From: a virus
Lineage: Duplodnaviria > Caudoviricetes
DNA length: 64,000 nucleotides
Direction: 5' to 3' (one strand)
Virus record (IMG/VR): IMGVR_UViG_3300015615_000196
Location: 298,604-362,603 of that record
Shown: piece after piece, positions 22,300 to 32,872 of the stretch
Numbering within the stretch: the stretch's first letter is position 1
How the letters are laid out: every line of letters begins with the position of its first letter
Translations under genes and position numbers: made by a program
Notes under the pieces: generated by a model
Databases searched by the model: none
Seen by the model: only the letters and a program-made list of their open reading frames with translations
What the model was told of the DNA's origin: nothing

Positions 22300-22626
22300 T
22301 TATGACTTTAAAACGTGCTTGGCGAATGCCTGATTCTTCTCGTGGAGACGTTTTTTCAAAGACTGATAACTCACCCCTGCGTTAAGGGCAATGGCCATAA
22401 TGCACTGTATTGAATCGGCTGCTTCTTCTTCGATATTAGATAAAACTTGAGAATTGGTTTCATCTTTTGATTTTCTTTTTCTGCCGTTGAGTTTGTTCAC
22501 ACCTTGAGCCAACTCTCCAACTTCTTCTGTAAGTTTGGCAAGGTGCATTGTCATGTTGAGTGACGAATTTTCTGGTTTCTCACTGATAGCGAGAATTTCT
22601 CGTATTTGTTCGTATGCTTTTCTCAT
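22300..22626 (-). CDS. MazG-like NTP pyrophosphohydrolase
   Basis: KLTEEVGELAQ...EEEAAD (ExxE...ExxD). Confidence 0.8.
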   Translation of the reverse strand: MRKAYEQIREILAISEKPENSSLNMTMHLAKLTEEVGELAQGVNKLNGRKRKSKDETNSQVLSNIEEEAADSIQCIMAIALNAGVSYQSLKKRLHEKNQAFAKHVLKS

Positions 22627-23054
22627 GCTCTACCTTCGATTATTAAATTGAATTGCTCCAAGAGAGCAACGTTTTCGTAGATGTTACCGATCACCTCAAA
22701 ACTTTCTTGACGAAAGGATGTGAGTTTTGAATCGTAGAGTGCTGCCATGAAGTCAAGAAAACGGGAAGGACTTTCGAGTGCGAAACACGCTTTCGTTGGA
22801 ATGTATTTCACGATGAACGGCATTCCAGTTCCATCTTTCTCGTAGAACATTAGAATGTCCCCTTCGTAGATTTCCTTGTCGTTCTTATCGTTGAACCCAA
22901 TGTACTCCATCCAACGTAGTCCATCGAAATATGCAAACGGATTTTGCAGGTCTAATGTCGTTGTGAGTAGTGCTTGCGTTTCGGATGCAGTGATTGCATT
23001 GTAGATCATTACCTGACCTCTAACATCCCACGCTCTGTATTTAATCGTTCTCAT
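22623..23054 (-). CDS. YopX-family protein
   Basis: IKYRAWD...DKNDKEIYEGDIL...EVIGNIYEN. Confidence 0.85.
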   Translation of the reverse strand: MRTIKYRAWDVRGQVMIYNAITASETQALLTTTLDLQNPFAYFDGLRWMEYIGFNDKNDKEIYEGDILMFYEKDGTGMPFIVKYIPTKACFALESPSRFLDFMAALYDSKLTSFRQESFEVIGNIYENVALLEQFNLIIEGRA

Positions 23055-24035
23055 GCTTACCAGCTTACAAAGAAATTAGTTGTATCCAACGGATACTCAG
23101 CATCAATCAATTTCAGATACTGATCAACGTCCTTTTTTCCTGTGAGAAAGAAATCAACAACAGTATCATTGGAAATGTTGAAGTGATCACATCTGAGAAT
23201 TGTGCGTCTCATTTTCTCACTATCGATTCCGTTTTTTGCTGCGATCTGATAAACAATTTCAAAGAAATTGAATCGCCCACGTTTGTCTTTTTCAGGAACG
23301 TGACACTTTGGGCAAATGGGTCTGTAGTACATGATTCGTGTACCACCACAATTTGGGCAAATGCTTTTGCCAAGTCGTGCAAGGTGTTGTTCGAAAATTT
23401 CAGTTGGGTTTTCCCACATGACCAGTCCACCATTGTTGTACTGGTAGTTGAACATGTGTTGCCAGTATTCGGCTTTGGTTGCTGCAAGCGTTCCTTCTTG
23501 CTTCATCAATGTCTGGTAGTCGATAGCCTGAACGTTCTTGATGGCATCCAACAAGATTTGTGGGTCATCGGTGTACTTCACCATTTGGATAAAGAATTCT
23601 CCGTCCTTCTTGATTACGAAAGGATCACCGTTGGCCTTCTTGAGAAGAATCTCAATGTCAGACTGTAGCTGTTTCTTGCTCACGGGCTTCATGTTTTTGC
23701 GTGTACTCCTTGTATTCCTTGAGGCGATGCTCGTAGTGTTCCAGCATCACTTCGGACGTGTCGATCATATCCTGAACGTCTTCCTGCTCAGGGTATTTTT
23801 TCGAATGTACCTTCAAGAATGCAAGATGCTCCTTTTCCTTCGCAATCATATTCTGAATGAAGGGAATGAAGTTCTTAACTGTTTCTACATGCGCTTCCAT
23901 AGGAACGAATTTTTGTTCAACATAATCTGATACCTCTGAACACTGATCAGATGAAAGGCCAATGTGCCTCATATCTCCGAAAACGTCAGGTGTTTGGGTA
24001 CTTATACGTAACATAAGTAAAAAGGTTGTGGGTGA

Positions 24036-24569
24036 TTAATTGCAGTCTTGGAGTGGGTTGTACTTGCGCCAGAACATCCAGCCGTCTTTGGTAAAGAAAC
24101 CCCAATCACGAATTACTTTACCAGTGAATACCAGAGTGTGTGCTGGTATGTTTGTACCGTCCAGATTACGTTTGAGTTGAAGGCTATGTTCCCATGAAGC
24201 AGGGCGATACATTATACTTCCGGGTCTGTGGTACTTCACTACTTGTTCACGGCCATCAACACCTGTGGCTCTCTTCACCCATCGACCACTATCTTTTTGT
24301 GTGACGGGAGTTGTTTCGTAATAACCACCTTTGAGGATGATTGTCAGGAAAGGCCAAGGATGATCGTGCGTACACTTCGGATCGGATTCAAGAATTTGAT
24401 GGTACTTGATCGAAAACCATTTGCCGAGTGTAAGGAAACTTCTTCTGATCAAATAAGGAACACCGTCTTCTCTCCTGATGACAATGCGTTTGTTAATCTC
24501 AATTAACTTTTCATTCTCACCAGTGTAGCGTTCGTCTTCATTCGTAGTCTTCATAGGCTTCGTCATCAA
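24036..24569 (-). CDS. cupin-like phage protein
   Basis: HDHPWPF..IILKGGYYE...H...TLVFTG...WGF. Confidence 0.65.
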   Translation of the reverse strand: MMTKPMKTTNEDERYTGENEKLIEINKRIVIRREDGVPYLIRRSFLTLGKWFSIKYHQILESDPKCTHDHPWPFLTIILKGGYYETTPVTQKDSGRWVKRATGVDGREQVVKYHRPGSIMYRPASWEHSLQLKRNLDGTNIPAHTLVFTGKVIRDWGFFTKDGWMFWRKYNPLQDCN

Positions 24570-24719
24570 ATAAATGTTTGTTCTTTTCGTAGGCTTGTTT
24601 CATGGCTTTTCGAAGTTCTAACATCCCTCTGAAATTTGGGTCTTCCATTAGGTCTTCGACAGTCATTGGTTTTCGTTTGAATCGTAGTCGTGTTAACTTG
24701 TTTGGATTCACGTAGCAGA

Positions 24720-25220
24720 CTAATCCACCAATCTTTTTGGATATGCTATCATTGCCTGACGTAATATCATATTTTCCCATGTCTTTATATACGCATCATT
24801 TCGCCAATCAAACCAAACACGCATGAAATCATTGTGTTTAATTTTTCTGAGTTCTCCATTCCAAGGGTCAACGATGTACACACGTTCGGTGTCCACATCT
24901 ACCACAATGCTTGAGTGTCCTTCACCAACATCGTCTCCATAACCAACGGAGAACCAGTCAATGATCACCGGGATTCGGTGATTAACCCAATAGCGTAAAT
25001 CTTCAATGGTAGAATTCTCGTAGATTTTTACAGCAAGTCCGTAGGCTTCGAGTGCTTCCTTCATTTGAAGATCATTACACCCGACTTCGTAAGTGTGATG
25101 GCAACGCTCTGCAATTTCAGATTCAGAGGCTTCTATGCCGTAGTAGTTGAGAACCATTTTTATGACAGCAGGGCCACATAAACTCGGATCGCTTTGAACA
25201 AAAGATTTAATTTCGAGCAT
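24720..25220 (-). CDS. C39-like cysteine peptidase
   Basis: Q...LCGPA...MVLNYYG, GHSSIV, VYIVDP. Confidence 0.75.
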   Translation of the reverse strand: MLEIKSFVQSDPSLCGPAVIKMVLNYYGIEASESEIAERCHHTYEVGCNDLQMKEALEAYGLAVKIYENSTIEDLRYWVNHRIPVIIDWFSVGYGDDVGEGHSSIVVDVDTERVYIVDPWNGELRKIKHNDFMRVWFDWRNDAYIKTWENMILRQAMIAYPKRLVD

Positions 25221-25504
25221 ACGGACACGAAGATAGGGAAATTCCCCGAAGACTCAAATTACGTTTTGATATATTTTATCGCAATGTACGTGCCGAGAAA
25301 CCCCCCTAATGCACTGGCAATCACGAACTTGTGATCTTCTGTGTAGGCGATCACCGTGAAAGAGGTGAGCAAACTAATTACCGATCCCCAAATGCTTGCA
25401 GGGAGTGCTTTCTTCTGTGCAGTTTTGATAATGTAAATTGCCCATGCAACGTCTGTTATCATGACGCACGAAAGAATGAGAAGAAATTTGAGCCAAAAGT
25501 TCAT

Positions 25505-26275
25505 TTAAGGTTTTACGAATTTGCTGCCGATGTATAACACTTCTTCTACTTTGTTGAGATCGAACTTTCCATCCGTGCGAACACCTGCTTGCATGTCGAT
25601 CCAATATTCATTTACTGTGGAGTAGTCGTGTGATTCGATTTCTGTAATCACTGCTTTGATGTTTGATGGATTGATACCACCAGCGATTCCTTCTTTTCTC
25701 CATTCGTCACGTAACTTCCAACTCTTATTCTCTACACCAAGTCCACCAGAGTTATCGAGAAAGGGAACCATTACGTTCGGTGTTCTGCCTATGTTGTTCT
25801 TCAAAAGAGAAAAGACGTGGTAGCCTTCGTTATTCAATTGAATGATGTACTCAGGGGCTTTACCTTTCTCAATGCTCTTGACGAAATGCTCAATGTTAAG
25901 TTTGTCCCATTCAACTGCAATGTTGACTTGAACACGGTCGAAGTTACCCAAGTCTTCCAGCATGTAGCCGTAGATCGTTTCATTGGGGAACTTGTGTTCA
26001 CTGGTTGGATTGTTCAAATCGAATGCAACAGGATCAATTGCGAATGCTCGTGCGTAGTTACCACAGAGGTGCAGTGATTTCTTTACTCCTGTCCCTTTGA
26101 AGACCAATTCATTTATCCATTCGACACTTGGATATTGTGGCTTACCGTAGTTTTTATGTGAAGCAAGTATTGCCCACTCAACAAACGGATACTTTTCTGA
26201 AAGGTAGAGAATGTCATCAATTTCAGCACCGTCATCGACACCTGCAATACCAATGGTTTTCAGTTCTGGTTTCAT
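25505..26275 (-). CDS. TrpF/PRAI-like TIM-barrel protein
   Basis: VEWAIL, SLHLCG, RVQVN, DNSGGLG, GIAGGINPSN, WIDMQAGVR...FDLNKV. Confidence 0.65.
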   Translation of the reverse strand: MKPELKTIGIAGVDDGAEIDDILYLSEKYPFVEWAILASHKNYGKPQYPSVEWINELVFKGTGVKKSLHLCGNYARAFAIDPVAFDLNNPTSEHKFPNETIYGYMLEDLGNFDRVQVNIAVEWDKLNIEHFVKSIEKGKAPEYIIQLNNEGYHVFSLLKNNIGRTPNVMVPFLDNSGGLGVENKSWKLRDEWRKEGIAGGINPSNIKAVITEIESHDYSTVNEYWIDMQAGVRTDGKFDLNKVEEVLYIGSKFVKP

Positions 26276-27743
26276 TTCTTTTTTTCTTCAAAAGGTAAAT
26301 TAAGTTCTATGCGTTTTTGATAAACGGCCAATGTCTCTTTTGTTTTCTTGTTGATGTAGACACGATCTTTCGTGTACGTCCAGTATTTTTCCCAATCAGG
26401 AAACATCAACTTTTGCATCCGAAGATGCTCTTCTCGATCAAAGTCGGAAGACAACGATTGTTCCCCAAATTCCATATGAAATCAACATTGCGAATACAAG
26501 ATATGCAATCAAAGGAAATTCCTCAAATTTGTTTTGAGGATTCTCTCTTGGCATAAGATGTTTCCATATGGCTTTAAGAACGTTCATAGCCAGCAAGTTT
26601 TGCTGCTTGAGGATGAATCAACCAAGTTCTTTGTCTACCGTCTGGTTCTTTGAATGCTTCGTATTCGGACAAGCTAAATGCGAATCCGGCAGCATCAAAC
26701 ATACCATTGCTCACAATGCAAATAAGATTTGGTTGAAACTCTTTACCGTCTACGATAGTTGCTCCATCATCGACAAGTGCCTTTGCTTTACCAAGAGGAC
26801 GGAGTGGTTCTCCTTTGCTGTTTGTGTTAATGTAATATCCCATGTTATTGTGTTTTGAATTGATTCGCGTATTGCTCCATACAGTTCACCAGAACATTCT
26901 CGGTGTAACGAGAAGACATCCATGAAAGATCGTAACCATTTTCTTTGAGTATAGTTCGTGGGTCTTTCACTTCTTTGTGTGCACTGAATGAGATTTGTAA
27001 TGGCTGCATCACCGTTCTTTGTCTGCAAGCAGGACAAATGTGAATGTATCGCTTGCCTTGTGGAATGTGAAGGTGACTTGGTGGATTGTGACCGGGATGA
27101 AGGCAACGTTTCGGCAGATCAATGTCTTCGAAATGTGATTCTTCTTTCTCTTTTTCGTTGATCAGACGATTGATACTTTCTTCGAGATTGTTTTTAACGG
27201 AACCAATATAATTGGGATCGTCACTGCCAACATATCTTGAAAAGTCGTCAGCTATTTTTTGAGGGGTGTTAAAGTCCATTGGTTTGTCTTTTTTCTTCTT
27301 CGGTCTTAGGTCTCCACCCGACAATTTCTTGACACTTACCAGTGCAGAAACATTGGCCGTTTGTACAGCCTTTTTTAATCGGCACTTCATTTTGATGTTT
27401 GGTGAGTGCATTGTCCATGAACTCATTCATCGTGTAGATGGGATTTTGTTCTTGCTTTTCCATATTACAACGGACACCATTTTGGTGTCTCACTTTCTTT
27501 TCTGATGTTATAGGGACGACAAGCAACCGTAACTGGTTTGAATGGCTGGTGATCAGCAGCGTACTTAGAATTCTTGTCTTCTTTCTTTGGAGTCTTTGTA
27601 CATACTACTGCAACGTCATCATCGTTGAACCAGTCCGTAGGGTCTGGATCGGAAATGACCTTGTGAAAAGGGCAGTCAATGCAATTTTCGGGCTTTGTCA
27701 TAATTTACCCGACAAAGATAAGCTAAAATTCGATACTACCAAA

Positions 27744-28829
27744 TTACTCGTAGTCCCTGATTGCAATAACTTTCGGGAAACGGGGCTTTCCTGCCGGAGT
27801 ATAGTTGAAGAAACGAACCGTAGCTTTCTTGCCAATCAAGTCTTTGCGTTTCAATAATTCAGCAAGATAATCCCAATCACCGTTTACCGGGGAATCGAAA
27901 TCCTTTCCTTCTTTTGTCTTGAAGTAAAGTTTACCGACTTTGCCTGACATGTTTCCAACGCCTTCCTCAACTCCGAGAACCTTAAACTCGTCATCAACGA
28001 ATTGTTTGTCTTTCAGCAGTGACTTGGTACGCTTGTTCTCGTACACTTTGTCCTGACGAATGATTTGACCTTCATACCCAAGCGACATATAGTATTCGTA
28101 TTGAGGCATGATTTTGTCTTCACTTGTGATCGGTGTGGTAAGAACCAATACGCACGATTCAGGAAGATCAAGACCAAGCAACGCATCGTAGCGTTCACTG
28201 AATGTACCGGGAGCAGACGGGAAATCATAGACGTGGTACTGAATGAAGGCTTTGCTTTCAATCAGGTCATCTTTCGTGGGCTTGCTCTTTCTTGTGAGCG
28301 AAATGATTTTGTTGAAGTTGTTTGCCAGCTTGTCGCAATACAATTCACCGTCCAGAATCAGATCAGGGTCTTTATCGAAAAACGGTTTCAGGTCTTCAAA
28401 AATGTGTGGAGCGGAGAGAATGGCTTTACCATTGCGTGACCAGAGTCCATCGGACTTTGCGATACAACGCATCCCATCCAACTTTGGTTGGGAGTATACG
28501 GGGTACTTTAACTTTTTAATGTTTTCGTAGAGATCATCTGCCAGCATCGGCTTGAAGAACACAGGAGTATCAATGTCTTTGATGTTCTCGAATGAACCTG
28601 CTTCCGTGCGCTTCTTGTGAATTGCACTTGCTTCTGCAAGGGCTTGTTGTTCATCGGTTGTGGCGTTCTTCTTGCCAGTGTTTTTCCCGGCACAAACTGT
28701 CCATGCACTTGTTACTTTCTCGCCATCGGTGAACCCGGAAGTGGTGCGATACTTGTTTCCTTCAACTTCAATTGTCCATTCTACGACCTTGCCTGTAGTG
28801 GAGCGTTTGTAAAGAATTGGCAGTTTCAT
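27744..28829 (-). CDS. ATP-dependent DNA ligase
   Basis: KPMLA, QPKLDGMR (KxDG), LDGELY, YHVYD, YEGQIIR, YENKR..LLK.K, PRFP. Confidence 0.92.
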   Translation of the reverse strand: MKLPILYKRSTTGKVVEWTIEVEGNKYRTTSGFTDGEKVTSAWTVCAGKNTGKKNATTDEQQALAEASAIHKKRTEAGSFENIKDIDTPVFFKPMLADDLYENIKKLKYPVYSQPKLDGMRCIAKSDGLWSRNGKAILSAPHIFEDLKPFFDKDPDLILDGELYCDKLANNFNKIISLTRKSKPTKDDLIESKAFIQYHVYDFPSAPGTFSERYDALLGLDLPESCVLVLTTPITSEDKIMPQYEYYMSLGYEGQIIRQDKVYENKRTKSLLKDKQFVDDEFKVLGVEEGVGNMSGKVGKLYFKTKEGKDFDSPVNGDWDYLAELLKRKDLIGKKATVRFFNYTPAGKPRFPKVIAIRDYE

Positions 28830-28836
28830 TGCCTCA

Positions 28837-28899
28837 TTATACGGAGAAAGGGAAATTTTGTTTTGGAGAACGTAACTTTTTTTCGGAATTTGCGTATAA
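28837..28899. promoter_or_regulatory. divergent pair of phage promoters at the strand switch
   Basis: Minus AAC-N16-CGTATAA (28862-28837) toward the ligase; plus AACTTT..CGTATAA (28874-28899). Confidence 0.65.
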
Positions 28900-30212
28900 G
28901 TGGCTTAAAGACAGTATTATGGACGAATCTAAACAATTTCAATTGCAAAAACTGGTGATAGACCAGTTTAAAGACACGGACGATCAAACTTTGATCGACT
29001 TCATGGATAGCTTTGTCTATCATCGTCCAGCAAAGAACGACAAGATCAGTACGTTGATCGAAGACTTTATAAAGCGAAACGGTTTGACTACTGCGTACAC
29101 GAATTACTTAGCCGATTTCGTTGGAGAGAAGACTCAGTTCTTTCGTAGATCGCAAGGAAGTGAAATTACTATGATCGAAAATATCAAAGCTGCATTTATG
29201 AATGCTGCCTACAATCGATTCAGAGTAAGCGCACAGATTAATGCGAAACAAGCTGACCTAAGCAAAACGTTTCAGAAGGTGCTGAAAAGCATTGACAAGT
29301 TACTGGATGCTGGTAGACTTGAACGCTTCGATGAAGCAATTGATGAATTGAAGGAAATACACTTTGAACACAAGAAAAATGAAAATAGAACACGTCATAG
29401 AAAACAAAAGGCTCGATGAATCGATAAAGAAGCAAGCCATCCTTTATAAGGGAGAAGTCTATACATACTTCGACAGTGGCTTGACTCGTCACGTATTTGC
29501 AAACGATGCAAAGACGAAGGTCATCAAAATTCTTGTTGAGAAGGATATGAAAGACTACAACAAGGAAGAAGTTGATGTCTACAAGAATGCCAGTGAAGAA
29601 ATTCGGAAGGAACTTGCCAAGACCGAATTGACTTACGATGGCTACGTTGTCGAGCAGGAGTTTTGTAATCCGATCAAGTTCGATAAACGGACATTGACCA
29701 TAGAGCAAATGCTTTTCGCTTCGTCATGCCGTGATGAAGTTGGATGGACTGCCGATGGTCGGTTGGTTTGTTTCGACTTGAGTGAATACAAACACTACTA
29801 ACTAACAGGACTCTTCGCGAATGCGATGAAGTCCTGTTTTAGTTTTTCACCCATCATTTCATAGAGTTCATCGTTGGTATACTTTGCGTCTGGATGTTGA
29901 GGCAATTCAACGTTCAATGGAAATCTTATTTCTTTGTAGGTGATACTGTTTACCGGATCAAGGTAGAGCGCAGATGCAGTGAACTTGAAGTCTCCTTCAA
30001 TTTCAGGTTTCATCGTCTCATAATTCAAAATAATTTTTGCCATAAATTCAGTTATGATGTAAATATAAATACATTTACGAAATGAACAATCTGATCGCGG
30101 GAGTTATCATCATACTTGTACTTTTTGCTCTCACGTTCTTCACCCATTTTCGAAATCAACCGCCAGAAGAGAAACCATAGTTTTTCTGTATTTATAAGAA
30201 ACACAGAACTTT

Positions 30213-30671
30213 ATGGGCAAGGTTAAAGCAATTTTGGCGTTTTTAACGCTTTTCATTGGTCTGGCGATTGCATCACCAGCACAAACTAAAACACTACAAC
30301 AACCTAAAGCACCTTATGTTTACCGTGACTTGGGGTCGTACAAGTATGACTTCCCGGATGGTAGTTCAGTTGGTGTACATGCATACATTCTTAAAGGGCC
30401 AAACAATAGTGGATACTACACACAATACAGTAACGTTTTCATTTTGGTTGCTGAAAGCAAATCGGTTTTTGGTGGCATGTATAAATCAACTTGGTTGTAT
30501 GGTACAAGAGTTTTTATGAATGGTGTCGAGCAGACAGCACAACAATATCCAGCAGGGTATACGGCATACGTCAAGACCAGTCCAACTACAATTTACTACT
30601 GGTATACGAACGATGAAGAGATTGGCAAATATTACTTTAGTTGGGAAAGTTCGGCATACGAAACCCGATAA
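30213..30671 (+). CDS. secreted hypothetical protein
   Basis: Signal peptide; GTATTTATA motif at 30188-30196. Confidence 0.6.
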   Translation: MGKVKAILAFLTLFIGLAIASPAQTKTLQQPKAPYVYRDLGSYKYDFPDGSSVGVHAYILKGPNNSGYYTQYSNVFILVAESKSVFGGMYKSTWLYGTRVFMNGVEQTAQQYPAGYTAYVKTSPTTIYYWYTNDEEIGKYYFSWESSAYETR

Positions 30672-31092
30672 AACTTAAATAAGTTATGGCAGAAGAAAAA
30701 GAAGAGGATGGCGAAAAAGTCACACTCAGAAACATGAAGTCGATAAACGCCAACACGCAAATCGTGTTTACGATGAAAGGATTCATTGCAACCATACTTA
30801 CCATCTTGGGTATATTCGTGGGGTTTCATAAAATGGTTATTCAACCAGCCATTGAAGAACACAAGCACAACATCGAGAAGTACGAAGAAAGCAACGAAAA
30901 GAAATTTGACAACATCAACAACCGTCTTATCGAAATCACCAACGGTATCGGTACGATCAACGGTAACATTGAAGGTATCAATAATCGCTTCAAAGACCTT
31001 CAAGTAGTGCGAACTGAAAAGGGAGGAACTTTCAACTAAATGTAACCTTTTGTCTGGTTTTACGTATAATAGGTAAATAACCAGATAAAACG

Positions 31093-31905
31093 ATGACAAC
31101 AGTTTGGGCCGACTCTAAGCATGAACAAAAGTTCGAAGAAAATGACGGTGGACGTTCAAAGTATTTTGACGGAACTACCGGGGATTGCGTAACACGAGCC
31201 ATTGCAATCGCAAGTGGCATCGACTACAAAGAAGTGTATGATGCACTCTTTGGCACGATCAAAGCAGAACGCAAAAACAAGCGTACAAAACTTAGCAGAA
31301 AAAGAGCAGGACAATCAGGAACCACTCCGAGAAATGGAGTGCATCGGAAAATCTATGAGCCATATCTTTTGGCAAATGGTTTCCGTTGGGTTCCTCTCAT
31401 GCACGTTGGCAGTGGATGCACTGTACACCTTCGTGGTGATGAACTGCCAAAGGGAAGAATCATCGCTTCACTCTCACGTCACTTGGTTGCCGTGATCGAT
31501 GGAGTTGTTCACGACATCTACGATCCCACACGAGCAGGACAACGGTGCGTGTACGGTTACTACATCAACGAACGTCCATTACCTGTGAAGAAGGTAACAA
31601 AGAAAGACGTTGTTAAGAAAGCAACGAAAGGTATGAAGCCTTTGCAGAAACTTTCTTCATGGCACAAAGAAGAAATCGTTCGCCTCATTGACAATCGACT
31701 TGAAACAATTCAGGACGATCACCTGAGTGCTGACTCGTTCGAGACTGAAACATCACTCAACTTCCTTCGTGACAAAATCGAAAACGGTCTTGTTCACGTC
31801 TTCACCAAAGAAGAAAAGACTTGGCTCAAGGAAGAACTTTCAAATGCAGATAGCTTGGGTACACTCCGAGCAGGACGATTGATGGAATACGTTGACCTTC
31901 ACTAA
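31093..31905 (+). CDS. conserved phage protein (GDCVTRAIAIA family)
   Basis: NDGGRS..F....GDCVTRAIAIA, HLVAVIDGVVHDIYD, RCVYGYY. Confidence 0.6.
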   Translation: MTTVWADSKHEQKFEENDGGRSKYFDGTTGDCVTRAIAIASGIDYKEVYDALFGTIKAERKNKRTKLSRKRAGQSGTTPRNGVHRKIYEPYLLANGFRWVPLMHVGSGCTVHLRGDELPKGRIIASLSRHLVAVIDGVVHDIYDPTRAGQRCVYGYYINERPLPVKKVTKKDVVKKATKGMKPLQKLSSWHKEEIVRLIDNRLETIQDDHLSADSFETETSLNFLRDKIENGLVHVFTKEEKTWLKEELSNADSLGTLRAGRLMEYVDLH

Positions 31906-32512
31906 TGCCACAGCACAGCCAACGATATTTAGAACGTAGATCGACTCACAAAACGAAACCGATCTCGGAGCATATTGCTCACTTCAAAAAACGTTTGCTG
32001 GAACGATTCGACATTACATTTACTACTGCGGAGTACGACAAACTCCTTTCTCAAATACACGAGACGCTTCCCATCTATGCAATCAATGGTAGCACGAAAG
32101 TATTCGAGACTCACATACAAGGCAAACAGGTTTGGATTCTTTACGGTAACAAAAGCGATAGACAACCAGCACGGTTGAAGACAGCACTGATACCGTACAC
32201 TGGATATATTGTGCCTGATTGTCTCTCTGAGGTCTTCGATCACAAAACCTTTACCGTTGCAGTCAAAGAAACGATTGACTACTTTGTTCAATTGTCTGAC
32301 AAGTTGGACATCAACGATCCGATAAAGAAGAAAGAGTTCTTCACTCAACAATCAGCACACAGGACAGCACTGGCGGGAGCGTACTTTTACAAGAAGAATA
32401 GACTCAACAAAGACTCGTTGGTACACTTAGCAGTACGTCATTTGAAGTACTTGAATAATATTGAGGTAGAAGAAGACGAAAACTAATTTCAGAAATTTAC
32501 GTATATTGCAGC

Positions 32513-32872
32513 ATGAGTTTTCTCGAATGGCTTTTTAACGGGAGTTCAAAATGGACACCAGAGGTCAAAAGACGGGCAACGAACCGGATTAAGGCACTCT
32601 TTCAAGTCTATTGGAATGGTACATGGGGTGCAGATGCACACTCAAAGTATCCACTCTCAACATTGGAAATCACAAATCTTCAATTCGGTTTTCCGAAAGA
32701 TAATCAGGTGTCGGTGATGGTTACTCTTGGTCGTCCCGGCATTCTCATTGGCAAAGGTGGTCGCACGTTGAAAGCACTTGAGGACTATTTGTCCAACATG
32801 CATGAAGAAGAGAATCATCCCTATGCAGTCAAAATCTTAATTACAGAATCTAAAATTTGGAAACCGTTATGA
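32513..32872 (+). CDS. KH-domain protein resembling the type II KH domain of ribosomal protein S3
   Basis: VTLGRPGILIGKGGRTLKALEDYL (RPGxxIGxxG). Confidence 0.7.
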   Translation: MSFLEWLFNGSSKWTPEVKRRATNRIKALFQVYWNGTWGADAHSKYPLSTLEITNLQFGFPKDNQVSVMVTLGRPGILIGKGGRTLKALEDYLSNMHEEENHPYAVKILITESKIWKPL

